Assembly (NCBI GenBank): GCA_903953565.1
Contig: CAJBKE010000059.1
Location: 15,923 to 79,922 of the forward strand
From: an uncultured Verrucomicrobiota bacterium
GTDB lineage: Bacteria > Verrucomicrobiota > Verrucomicrobiia > Chthoniobacterales > JACTMZ01
DNA length: 64,000 nucleotides
Direction of reading: 5' to 3'
Shown here: in pieces, positions 1-8,710 of the stretch
Numbering within the stretch: position 1 is the first letter of the stretch
How the letters are laid out: each line of letters begins with the position of its first letter
Translations under genes and position numbers: made by a program
The notes under the pieces: model-generated
The model's database searches: none
Seen by the model: only the letters and a program-made list of their open reading frames with translations
Told to the model about the DNA's origin: nothing

Positions 1-758
1 TCGGCGGCGCCAACCGCCTCGGCATTCCCGGCGAAGATCTCCCCGAAGTGGTCGATGCCCTCGACTTCATCGAGTGGATCCACACCAAGCCCCTCCACGA
101 AGTCCCCGTCGGCCGCCGCGTCGCCGTCCTCGGCTGCGGCAACACCGCGATCGATGCCGTCAGCCAATCGAAGCGCCTCGGCGCCGAAGTCGCCACCATC
201 ATCTACCGCCGCGGCGAGAACGACATGCCTGCCTACGAATTCGAATACGAATTGGCCAAAAACGACGGAGCCACCTTTCACTTCCATACCATCCCGACCG
301 AAGTTCTCGGCGAAAACGGAAACGTCAAAGCTCTGCGCCTGGCCAAGACCGAATTCCGCGACGGCAAACTCCAACTCGTCCCCGGCTCCGAATGGATCGA
401 GGAATTCGACCTCGTCCTCAAGGCGGTCGGACAGGAAAAACAAACCAGCATCTTCACCCAGCTGTTCCCCGGCCTGAAACTCGACCGCAAAGGCCGCGTT
501 GAACACAACCCCGAGACGATGGAGACCGGCGTTCCGAAACTCTTCGTTGGCGGCGACTGCGCCAATGGCGGACGTGAGGTCGTCAACGCCGTGGCCGAAG
601 GCAAAAGAGCCGCCCGCGGCATCAACGCCATGCTGACCAAGCAGAAAGTCGAAGGCCCCATCCAACCCTCCCGCCACGGCGCCAAGAACGGCACCACTGG
701 CTCGGGCTTCAACAATCCCATCCGCGTCCCCGAACTCCTCGCCGCGATGTCCAAGTAA
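1..758 (+). CDS. preT: NAD-dependent dihydropyrimidine dehydrogenase subunit PreT (GltD-like flavoprotein), C-terminal part; 5' end lies outside the window
   Basis: Frame 3 is open from the window edge. Rossmann motif VAVLGCGNTAIDA and C-terminal FVGGDCANGGREVVNAVAEGKRAA are typical of the glutamate-synthase-small-subunit-like PreT family. It sits directly upstream of preA. Confidence 0.85.
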   Translation, partial: GGANRLGIPGEDLPEVVDALDFIEWIHTKPLHEVPVGRRVAVLGCGNTAIDAVSQSKRLGAEVATIIYRRGENDMPAYEFEYELAKNDGATFHFHTIPTEVLGENGNVKALRLAKTEFRDGKLQLVPGSEWIEEFDLVLKAVGQEKQTSIFTQLFPGLKLDRKGRVEHNPETMETGVPKLFVGGDCANGGREVVNAVAEGKRAARGINAMLTKQKVEGPIQPSRHGAKNGTTGSGFNNPIRVPELLAAMSK

Positions 759-798
759 CTCAGGTTTCAAGTCTCCCACTCATCCTTTTCGTCCCACC

Positions 799-2109
799 AT
801 GGCCGACCTCTCCATCAACTTCGCCGGGATCAAATCGCCGAACCCTTTCTGGATCGCCAGCGGCCCCCCGTCGAACACCGCTTACCAATCCCACCGCGCT
901 TTCGAAGCCGGCTGGGGCGGCGTCGTCTGGAAAACGATCGGGGATCCCATCATCAACGTCGCCTCCCGCTACTCCGCTCTCAACCTCGGCGGACAACGCA
1001 TGGTCGGCTTCAACAACATCGAACTGATCAGCGACCGTTCTCCCGAAACCAACTTCCGCGAAATCAAAGAAGTCAAAGTCCGCTGGCCGAACCACGCAGT
1101 GATCGCCTCGCTCATGGTCGACACCCGCGAGCGGTGGCACGAATTCGTCAAACGCTCCGCCGATTGCGGCGCCGACGGCATCGAACTGAATTTCGGCTGC
1201 CCCCACGGCATGTGCGAACGCGGCATGGGCTCCGCCGTTGGACAAAACCCCGACGTCGCCGAGACCATCGTCGGCTGGGTCATGGAAGCCGCCGAAATCC
1301 CGGTCATCGTCAAACTCACCCCGAACATCACCAATGTCGTCTATGCCGCCCGCGCGGCCAAACGCGCCGGGGCCGACGCCATCTCGCTGATCAACACGAT
1401 CAACAGCATCACCAACGTCAACCTCGACACCCTCACCCCCGAGCCCACCGTGCGCGGACTCAGCTCGCACGGCGGCTATTGCGGACCTGCCGTGAAGCCG
1501 ATCGCCCTCAACATGGTGCAAAGCTGCGCCGCCGACCCCGAAGTCGGACTTCCCATATCCGGCATCGGCGGCATCGGCAACTGGCGTGACGCCGCCGAGT
1601 TCATCGCCCTGGGATCACTGAGCCTGCAAGTCTGCACCGCCGTGATGCACTACGGCTTCCGCATCGTCGAGGACATGAACGAAGGCCTTTCCGACTACCT
1701 CGACTCCAAGGGCTACAAAAGCGTGGCCGAATTCTCCGGTGCCGCCGTGAAGAGCCTCTCCGATTGGAAGTATCTCGACCTTCACTACAAACGCGTTGCC
1801 CGCATCGACTATGACAAATGCATCGGGTGCAACCTCTGCTACATCGCCTGCGAGGATGGCGCGCACCAGTGCATCGACTTGGTCGACAGCGCGCCCTACG
1901 GACTGGGCCCCGGACGCGTCCCCGGTAAGCCTGTGCCGAAAGTCCGCGAGGAAGACTGCGTCGGCTGCAACCTCTGTTCCCTCGTCTGTCCGGTAGACGA
2001 CTGCATAACCATGGTGGAAATTGACACCGGCCGCGACAAAATGAGCTGGAACGACTACCAGACCCGCCTGGCCAAAGGCGAAATGGAGCCCATCCCCGCC
2101 CACCACTGA
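799..2109 (+). CDS. preA: NAD-dependent dihydropyrimidine dehydrogenase subunit PreA
   Basis: 436-aa ORF with a DHOD-like barrel (FAGIKSPNPFWIASGPP, ELNFGCPHGM). C-terminal ferredoxin motifs CIGCNLCYIAC and CVGCNLCSLVCP follow. Confidence 0.93.
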   Translation: MADLSINFAGIKSPNPFWIASGPPSNTAYQSHRAFEAGWGGVVWKTIGDPIINVASRYSALNLGGQRMVGFNNIELISDRSPETNFREIKEVKVRWPNHAVIASLMVDTRERWHEFVKRSADCGADGIELNFGCPHGMCERGMGSAVGQNPDVAETIVGWVMEAAEIPVIVKLTPNITNVVYAARAAKRAGADAISLINTINSITNVNLDTLTPEPTVRGLSSHGGYCGPAVKPIALNMVQSCAADPEVGLPISGIGGIGNWRDAAEFIALGSLSLQVCTAVMHYGFRIVEDMNEGLSDYLDSKGYKSVAEFSGAAVKSLSDWKYLDLHYKRVARIDYDKCIGCNLCYIACEDGAHQCIDLVDSAPYGLGPGRVPGKPVPKVREEDCVGCNLCSLVCPVDDCITMVEIDTGRDKMSWNDYQTRLAKGEMEPIPAHH

Positions 2110-2114
2110 CCTTT

Positions 2115-3608
2115 ATGAGCAAAATCCTGCCCGTTCCGCTGTTCATCGGCGGCCAGTGGACGAACGTCTCCGGCGTCGCCACCACCCCCGTCCACAATCC
2201 CTCCATCGGCGAGGTCATCGCCGAAACCCCGCTGTGCGGCGCCGATGTCGTCGACCAAGCTGTCCGCGCCGCCGCAGACGCCTTTCCACAATGGATGGAG
2301 ACCCCGCCCGTCGAGCGCGCCCGCATTTTGATGAAACTCAAGGTTCTGCTCGAGGACCACTTCGAGGAGCTGGCCCAGAGCGTGACCCGCGAACACGGCA
2401 AGACGCTCGCCGAGGCCCGAGGCGATGTCCGCCGCGGACTGGAAAACATCGAGTTTGCCTGCGGCGCCCCCTCACTCCTCATGGGCGAGTCGCTTGAGAA
2501 CGTGGCCCGCGGCATCGATTGCGACTCGATCCGCCAACCGCTCGGCGTGGCGGCCGGCATCACGCCGTTCAACTTCCCCGCCATGGTGCCGCTCTGGATG
2601 TGGCCCATGGCCATCGCTTGCGGAAACACCTTCGTCCTCAAACCGAGCGAAAAAGTCCCCCTCACCTCGATCCGCATCGCGCAGCTCGCGGAAAAAGCCG
2701 GACTCCCCCCCGGCGTGCTCAATCTCGTCCACGGCGGACGCGAAGCCGTCGACGCCATCCTCAAACACCCGCTGATCAAAGCCGTGTCCTTCGTCGGCTC
2801 CACCCCGATCGCCAAATATATCTACGAGACCGGCACGGCGCACGGCAAACGCGTCCAGGCCGCCGGCGGCGCAAAAAATTTCGTCCTCATCATGCCCGAT
2901 GCAGACGTCACCAACTCCGCGACCGGCCTCGTCGAGTCCGCCTTCGGCTGCGCGGGCGAACGCTGTATGGCCAGCTCCACCGCCGTAGCCATCGGCGACG
3001 CCGCCCATACCGTTCTCCCCGCGCTGGTCGATGTCGTTTCCAAAATCCGCGTCGGTCCGACCGACCGCGACCCGCAGGCCCAGATGGGTGCGGTCATCAC
3101 CCGCGAACACGCCGACCGCGTCTGCAACCTCATCACCCAAGCCGCCGACCAAGGGGCAAAACCGCTTACCGACGGACGCCACACCAAAGTCGAATCTGCC
3201 CCCAAAGGCTTTTATGTAGGACCCACCGTCCTCGATCATGTCCTCCCTGACATGGTCACAATGAAAGAAGAAGTCTTCGGCCCTGTGCTCAATGTCGTCC
3301 GCATGGAAGACCTCGACTCCGCCATCGATCTGGCCAACCGCTCGATCTACGGCAACGGCGCCGCCATTTTCACCCGCAGCGGCAAAGCGGCCCGAGAGTT
3401 CCGCCACCGCATCCAAGCCGGCATGGTCGGCGTCAACATCGGCGTCCCCGCCCCCATGGCCTTCTTTCCCTTCAGTGGATGGCACCAGTCGTTCTTCGGC
3501 GACCTCCACATCCAAGGCCGCGAAAGCGTCGCCTTCTACACCCAGCAAAAAGTGACCACCACCCGCTGGTTCAGCTACGGCGAGGGCTCGATCTGGAGCG
3601 ACAAATAG
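2115..3608 (+). CDS. mmsA: CoA-acylating methylmalonate-semialdehyde / malonate-semialdehyde dehydrogenase
   Basis: 497-aa aldehyde dehydrogenase. Hallmark ITPFNFPAMVPLWMWPMAIACGNTFVLKPSE, catalytic Cys context GERCMA, and C-terminal FPFSGWHQSFFGDLH. Confidence 0.9.
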   Translation: MSKILPVPLFIGGQWTNVSGVATTPVHNPSIGEVIAETPLCGADVVDQAVRAAADAFPQWMETPPVERARILMKLKVLLEDHFEELAQSVTREHGKTLAEARGDVRRGLENIEFACGAPSLLMGESLENVARGIDCDSIRQPLGVAAGITPFNFPAMVPLWMWPMAIACGNTFVLKPSEKVPLTSIRIAQLAEKAGLPPGVLNLVHGGREAVDAILKHPLIKAVSFVGSTPIAKYIYETGTAHGKRVQAAGGAKNFVLIMPDADVTNSATGLVESAFGCAGERCMASSTAVAIGDAAHTVLPALVDVVSKIRVGPTDRDPQAQMGAVITREHADRVCNLITQAADQGAKPLTDGRHTKVESAPKGFYVGPTVLDHVLPDMVTMKEEVFGPVLNVVRMEDLDSAIDLANRSIYGNGAAIFTRSGKAAREFRHRIQAGMVGVNIGVPAPMAFFPFSGWHQSFFGDLHIQGRESVAFYTQQKVTTTRWFSYGEGSIWSDK

Positions 3609-3613
3609 AAGCT

Positions 3614-4996
3614 ATGGCTCTGCTCATCAAGAACGCTGATATTGTCAACTCGGACACCCGCTACACCGCCGACATCCTCTGCGAAGGCGAGCGCATCACG
3701 CGCATCGACAAAGACATCACGCCGCCAAGCGGAGCGGAAGTCATCGACGCAACCGGGAAACACGTCTTCCCCGGATTCATCGATCCACACACTCACATCT
3801 ACCTGCCTTTCATGGGCACGTATTCGAAGGACAACTACGAGACGGGTACCAAAGCGGCCTTGGTCGGCGGCACGACCACGATTTTCGAAATGGTCTGCCC
3901 CTCGCGCGACATGTCACCAGCCGACGGCTTCGCCACGTGGCAGGCGCAGGCCGAAGGCAAAGCATGCTGCGATTACACCTTCCACATGGGCGTCACGCGC
4001 TTCGACGCGGACTCGGCGAAACAATTGCGCGACATCGTCAAACAAGGCGTCGGCAGTTTCAAAATCTTCCTCGCCTACAAAGGCGCGTTCGGAGTCGACG
4101 ACACCGAATTGTGGGAAACCCTCAAGTTGGCCAAGGAACTCGGCGTCATCGTCACCGCCCACTGCGAAAACGAAACGCTTGTCGCCCAACTGCAGAAGGA
4201 ACTTCTCGCCAGCGGACACACCGGACCGGAGGCGCACCACGACAGCCGTCCGCCCCGCGTGGAGGCCGAGGGCGTGCATCACCTCATGTCCTTCGCTGCC
4301 ATGACCGGCACGCACACTTACATCGTCCATCTGAGCTGCCTTGAAGCCTTGCGCGAAGCCATCGCCGCCCGCGAGCGCGGGGTGAACGTCTTCGTCGAAA
4401 CACTCATTCAATATCTCGTCCTCGACAAAACCTACGCCGAGAAACCGGATTTCGAGGGCGCCAAGTTCGTCATGTCCCCCCCCCTGCGCGACGTTTCGAA
4501 CCAAAACATCCTCTGGGATGCCTTGGCCAGCGGCTTGGTCAACACGGTGGGCACCGACCACGCACCCTTCGACTTCAAAGATCAGAAACCGATGGGTAAG
4601 GATGACTTCACCAAGATTCCCAACGGCATCCCGTCCATCGAGGACCGCATCAATCTTCTCTACACCCACGGTGTGAAAAAGGGACGCCTCACCCTCCAGC
4701 AACTCGTCGCCGTGGCCAGCACGAACGCCGCGAAAATCTTCGACCTCTACCCGCGCAAAGGCGTTATTCAGCCCGGCGCCGATGCCGATCTGGTTGTCTA
4801 CGACCCGTCCTACCGGGGCAAACTCTCCGTCAAAAACCAGACGCAGAACGTCGACTACAACGCCTTCGAAGGCTGGGAGATCGAAGGCCGCCCATCCATC
4901 GTCACGGTCCGCGGCGCGGTTGCGGTTCGCGACGGCAAGTTTGTCGGCAAGGTCGGACGGGGACGCTTCCTCAAGCGTCAGCCCTCGCATTTCTAG
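3614..4996 (+). CDS. hydA: dihydropyrimidinase / D-hydantoinase (cyclic amidohydrolase)
   Basis: The ATG at 3614 (MALLIKNADIV), 5 nt after the mmsA stop, is preferred over the Arg/Pro-rich upstream extension from 3479. Metal motif GFIDPHTH and carbamylated-Lys context SFKIFLAYKG. Confidence 0.9.
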   Translation: MALLIKNADIVNSDTRYTADILCEGERITRIDKDITPPSGAEVIDATGKHVFPGFIDPHTHIYLPFMGTYSKDNYETGTKAALVGGTTTIFEMVCPSRDMSPADGFATWQAQAEGKACCDYTFHMGVTRFDADSAKQLRDIVKQGVGSFKIFLAYKGAFGVDDTELWETLKLAKELGVIVTAHCENETLVAQLQKELLASGHTGPEAHHDSRPPRVEAEGVHHLMSFAAMTGTHTYIVHLSCLEALREAIAARERGVNVFVETLIQYLVLDKTYAEKPDFEGAKFVMSPPLRDVSNQNILWDALASGLVNTVGTDHAPFDFKDQKPMGKDDFTKIPNGIPSIEDRINLLYTHGVKKGRLTLQQLVAVASTNAAKIFDLYPRKGVIQPGADADLVVYDPSYRGKLSVKNQTQNVDYNAFEGWEIEGRPSIVTVRGAVAVRDGKFVGKVGRGRFLKRQPSHF

Positions 4997-5061
4997 TTGC
5001 CGGATCAGGCTCCGATTGACCTTGAGAAGGAAGGCCGTTCTCCGGATGCTGCCCCGCAGGT

Positions 5062-5310
5062 ATGCCACGATGCAAACAGTGCCATTCGCAATGGGCCACG
5101 CTCTTCCGCTGCCCGCACTGCGAGAAAAGGTTTCCCTGTCCGCTGCAGCTTTTCCTGGCCATCTTGGCCTTGCCGGTCGTCGTCGCTGGCGGCATCTACC
5201 TGGTCTCCGCCTTCAGCGACAAATTCAAGGATTGGCGCGCCTCGCTCCAAGAGGAGCCCGTTGCAAAACCGGGATTGACCGTGGAAATCGACAGATCATC
5301 CGTTGAATAG
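5062..5310 (+). CDS. small zinc-ribbon membrane protein (hypothetical)
   Basis: 82-aa ORF between the dihydropyrimidinase and the permease. N-terminal CxxC-x9-CxxC (CKQC...CPHC) is followed by one hydrophobic helix (LQLFLAILALPVVVAGGIYLVSAF). Third codon positions are mostly G/C, as in neighbouring genes. Confidence 0.5.
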   Translation: MPRCKQCHSQWATLFRCPHCEKRFPCPLQLFLAILALPVVVAGGIYLVSAFSDKFKDWRASLQEEPVAKPGLTVEIDRSSVE

Positions 5311-5326
5311 AATACCCTTCCCCCGC

Positions 5327-6784
5327 ATGAAGGAACATCCGCAGTCGCACGATCCGCGCCTTTGGAACGAGGATCTAGCACCCGTTCCCCAAGAGCGCCG
5401 CACTTGGACAACATGGAACGTTGCCGCGCTTTGGGTCGGCATGGCGGTGTGTATCACGACCTACACCCTGGCCAGCAGCCTGATCGAGCAAGGCATGAAC
5501 TGGTGGCAGGCCACGCTTACCGTTTTTCTCGGCAACGTCATCGTGCTCATTCCCATGACGCTCAACGCGCACCCGGGCACGGCTTACGGCATTCCTTTCC
5601 CCGTGCTGCTGCGCGCGTCGTTCGGCACGTTCGGCTCGAACATCCCGGCGCTGATGCGCGGACTGGTGGCCTGCGGGTGGTTCGGTATCCAGACGTGGGT
5701 CGGCGGAGCCGCGATATACGCCACGGCCGCCGTTGTTTTCGGCTTCGACCCCGCAGCCCGGCAACCCCTGCCCATCCTCGGCATTTCGTCCGGCGAGTTT
5801 TTGTGCTTCATGATTTTCTGGGCAATCAACGTCTACTTCATCGTCCGCGGCATGGAGTCGATCAAATGGATGGAAACCCTCAGCGCACCGTTCCTGCTCC
5901 TCGTCGGTGTGGCCCTCGTGTGGTGGGCGTGGCAGGCGGCGGACGGCTTTGGTCCCATTTTCACCCAACCCGCCAAGCTCGACACGGCGGAGAAGTTCTG
6001 GCCCGTCTTCGGCGTCGGACTCACCGCCATGGTCGGCTACTGGGCCACGCTTTCGCTGAACATTCCCGACTTCTCCCGATACGCCCGCTCGCAGCGCGAT
6101 CAAGTCGTGGGACAAGCCCTCGGCCTGCCGGCGACTATGACATTTTACGCTTTCATCGGGATCCTTGTGACCAGCGCAACCATCGTCATTTTCGGATCCG
6201 CCATCTGGGATCCGGTGCAGGTCATCGCCAGATTCGGCAACCCGTGGGTATCCGCCCTAGCCCTGCTCACTCTGGCCATCGCCACGCTCTCGACCAACAT
6301 CGCGGCCAACGTTGTCTCGCCGGCCAATGACTTTTCCAACCTCGCCCCGCAACGCATCAGCTTCCGCACCGGCGGACTGATCACCGCCTTCCTCGGTATC
6401 CTCATGATGCCGTGGAAGCTTTACCAGGATCCGAGCGGTTACATCTTCACTTGGCTCATCGGCTACAGCGCGCTGCTCGGCCCCATCGCTGGCATCATGA
6501 TCGCCGATTACTTCGTCTGGCGCCGGAAGAAACTCGATGCGGCGCAACTCTATCAGCGGAACGGAGCCTATCGTTACACGGGCGGATTCAGCCTTGTCGG
6601 ATTCGGCGTCCTGCTTGCTTCGGCGCTCCCCAACCTTCCGGGCTTCCTCGTGACAGTCAAAGCTCTGCCGGCCGAGACGTTCCCCGCATGGCTGGTAGCC
6701 GGTTACCATTATGCTTGGTTTGTCGGGTTTGCTTTGGCTTTCGTCCTCTATAGTTTGATTCGTCCCCTCTTTCCGAACCGATGA
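5327..6784 (+). CDS. NCS1-family nucleobase/hydantoin:cation symporter
   Basis: N-terminus [25 protein letters not shown] and about 12 hydrophobic segments are typical of NCS1 (allantoin/uracil/hydantoin permeases). ATG 5327 is preferred to the TTG at 5303. The stop overlaps the next start (ATGA). Confidence 0.85.
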   Translation: MKEHPQSHDPRLWNEDLAPVPQERRTWTTWNVAALWVGMAVCITTYTLASSLIEQGMNWWQATLTVFLGNVIVLIPMTLNAHPGTAYGIPFPVLLRASFGTFGSNIPALMRGLVACGWFGIQTWVGGAAIYATAAVVFGFDPAARQPLPILGISSGEFLCFMIFWAINVYFIVRGMESIKWMETLSAPFLLLVGVALVWWAWQAADGFGPIFTQPAKLDTAEKFWPVFGVGLTAMVGYWATLSLNIPDFSRYARSQRDQVVGQALGLPATMTFYAFIGILVTSATIVIFGSAIWDPVQVIARFGNPWVSALALLTLAIATLSTNIAANVVSPANDFSNLAPQRISFRTGGLITAFLGILMMPWKLYQDPSGYIFTWLIGYSALLGPIAGIMIADYFVWRRKKLDAAQLYQRNGAYRYTGGFSLVGFGVLLASALPNLPGFLVTVKALPAETFPAWLVAGYHYAWFVGFALAFVLYSLIRPLFPNR

Positions 6785-8121
6785 AGGAACCCGCACTCCC
6801 CCCTTGCGATCACCAGCCGCGACCGTATATCGGACCATCGGCCGACGAAGTGCTTGCCTTGCGCAAACAGTTCATGAACCCCGGCATTTTCCTCTACTAC
6901 AAAAAGCCGCTCATGGTCGTGGAGGGCAGGATGCAATACGTGTGGGACGAGAAAGGGAAACGCTACCTCGACGGACTCGGCGGCATCGTCACAGTCAGCG
7001 TCGGACATTGCCACCCGCACGTCGTCTCGGCCGGCAACAGGCAGAGCGAACAGTATCAGCATTCCACCACGATCTATCTTCACCCGAATGTGGCCGAATA
7101 CGCCGCGAAGCTGGCCTCGAAAATGCCGGGCAACCTCAAAGCCTGCTACTTCGTAAATTCCGGCTCCGAAGCCAACGATCTGGCCCTGATGATGGCGCGC
7201 GCCTACACCGGCAACTACGACATCATCGCCCTGCGCAACGCCTACCACGGCGGCAACCAATCGACCATGGGCGTCACCGCGCACAGCACGTGGAAATACA
7301 ACGTGCCGCACGGCTTCGGCTTCCACCATGCGCTCGCGCCCTATCCCTACCGCGGAACCTTCGGATACGACGATCCCGACGCGGGCGCGAAATACGCCAA
7401 TGACGTCAAAGAACTCATCGAATACGCCACGCCGGGCAAGATTGCCGGATTCATCGCGGAGTCCATCCAAGGCGTCGGCGGATTCGTTGAATTCCCGCCG
7501 GGATACCTCGAGCACGTTTACGGATACGTCCGCGCCGCCGGCGGGGTGTGCATCGCGGACGAAGTTCAGACCGGCTTCGGACGAACCGGCACGCATTTCT
7601 GGGGCTTCGAAACGCAGGGTGTCATCCCCGACATCGTCACAATGGCCAAAGGCATCGGCAACGGTTGCCCCCTGGCCGCCGTCGTCACCACCCACGAAAT
7701 CGCGCAATCCCTCCTCGGCAAAGTCCACTTCAACACCTTCGGCGGCAACCCCGTGGTCAGTGCCATGGGCAAAGCCGTGCTCGAGGTTATCGAGCGGGAA
7801 AACCTGCAGGAAAATTCCCGCAAGATGGGCAAATACATTCTCGCCGGACTGAACAAGCTGAAGGAAAAGCACAAAGTGATCGGTGATGTCCGCGGCAAAG
7901 GCCTCATGCTCGGCATCGAAATGGTCAAGGACCGCAAAACCAAAGAGCCCGCCACTGCGGAATGCGCTCAGGTGCTCGAGACGGCGCGCGACCTCGGACT
8001 CCTCCTCGGCAAAGGCGGGTTGCGCGGACAAGTCATCCGCTTCGCCCCGCCCATGTGCATCACCCAACCCGACGCAGATTTCCTGCTCGAGGTCCTCGAC
8101 GAATCCTTCAGCCGGTTGTGA
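6781..8121 (+). CDS. class III aminotransferase, AGXT2 / beta-alanine (beta-aminoisobutyrate)-pyruvate transaminase-like
   Basis: 446 aa. Motifs [11 protein letters not shown] and the PLP-lysine context [11 protein letters not shown]. The N-terminus resembles alanine-glyoxylate aminotransferase 2. Confidence 0.85.
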   Translation: MKEPALPPCDHQPRPYIGPSADEVLALRKQFMNPGIFLYYKKPLMVVEGRMQYVWDEKGKRYLDGLGGIVTVSVGHCHPHVVSAGNRQSEQYQHSTTIYLHPNVAEYAAKLASKMPGNLKACYFVNSGSEANDLALMMARAYTGNYDIIALRNAYHGGNQSTMGVTAHSTWKYNVPHGFGFHHALAPYPYRGTFGYDDPDAGAKYANDVKELIEYATPGKIAGFIAESIQGVGGFVEFPPGYLEHVYGYVRAAGGVCIADEVQTGFGRTGTHFWGFETQGVIPDIVTMAKGIGNGCPLAAVVTTHEIAQSLLGKVHFNTFGGNPVVSAMGKAVLEVIERENLQENSRKMGKYILAGLNKLKEKHKVIGDVRGKGLMLGIEMVKDRKTKEPATAECAQVLETARDLGLLLGKGGLRGQVIRFAPPMCITQPDADFLLEVLDESFSRL

Positions 8122-8253
8122 ATCCGAGTCGGGCACGCGAGCCGCGTGTCTCTCCCCCCGCTAGGGACGGACTATGATATCGGCCGCGAAGACCTCGCCG
8201 ACGCGCGGGGCCCGCTGCGGCGGGGCCCGCGGACCCGCCCCACCTCCCCACGT

Positions 8254-8282
8254 TTGCCATCATCGAGACATCGCGGTAGCAT
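8254..8282 (+). promoter_or_regulatory. candidate sigma70-type promoter (TTGCCA, 17-nt spacer, TAGCAT)
   Basis: The hexamers were read directly. The -10 box ends 8 nt before the ATG at 8291, which would give a leaderless or nearly leaderless mRNA. No experimental support. Confidence 0.3.
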
Positions 8283-8290
8283 GACGTGTT

Positions 8291-8431
8291 ATGAAAATGT
8301 TCAACATCCTCCTCGGCTTGCTGATCCTTGCCATCACGCCGGCCCAAGCCCAGTGCAAAGACTGCGGTTGCAAGGACAAGTGCACGCCGTCCTGCAAGTG
8401 CACGCACGGCGAGAAACCGAAAGCCCGGTGA
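8291..8431 (+). CDS. secreted cysteine-rich micro-protein (46 aa; metallothionein-like / envelope Cys-rich peptide)
   Basis: Below the ORF-track cutoff. Sequence is MKMFNILLGLLILAITPAQA followed by QCKDCGCKDKCTPSCKCTHGEKPKAR: a Sec signal peptide with an AQA cleavage site, then 7 Cys in 26 residues. 39 of 46 third codon positions are G/C in this frame, against roughly half in the overlapping frame-1 ORF. Confidence 0.6.
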   Translation: MKMFNILLGLLILAITPAQAQCKDCGCKDKCTPSCKCTHGEKPKAR

Positions 8432-8658
8432 ACTCCCTCGACCCGCGGGCCAAGCGCTTCCGGGCAGCCGACAAATCCCTCCAGCAGGCCCGGCTGGCCC
8501 TCCAAGGCGCGCAAATCGCTTTGGCCGATCTGCCACGATCCAACCACTCGCCGGTCACCGCCGCCCTCGACTCCATCGACCACGCCGTCTCCAATATCGC
8601 GGCAGCGGCAGCCCGGATTGACGAAGCACGGCTGGATGACAGCGAGGAACTGGGCTGA
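8428..8658 (+). CDS. small alpha-helical hypothetical protein (76 aa), translationally coupled to the Cys-rich peptide
   Basis: The GTG at 8428 overlaps the upstream TGA (GTGA). The high-GC3 coding signal moves into frame 1 exactly here. Sequence VNSLDPRAKRFRAADKSLQQARLALQGAQIAL... has no signal peptide. Confidence 0.5.
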   Translation: MNSLDPRAKRFRAADKSLQQARLALQGAQIALADLPRSNHSPVTAALDSIDHAVSNIAAAAARIDEARLDDSEELG

Positions 8659-8710
8659 CCAGCGCTGCATTGCCTTTTCTCCGTAAGCGGCGACACTTTC
8701 CCGCGTTTCC

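Noticed and set aside
8146-8427. N-terminal part of the 170-aa frame-1 ORF (including ATG 8281)
   Set aside because: Third-position G/C is only about half in this frame over 8281-8427. The overlapping frame-2 peptide has strong GC3 and a canonical signal peptide. Only the part after GTG 8428 looks coding.
8291-8431. Cys-rich peptide as a SCIFF-type radical-SAM RiPP precursor
   Set aside because: The Cys spacing is reminiscent of SCIFF. However, the peptide has a Sec signal peptide, and no radical-SAM maturase or other RiPP enzyme is encoded nearby.
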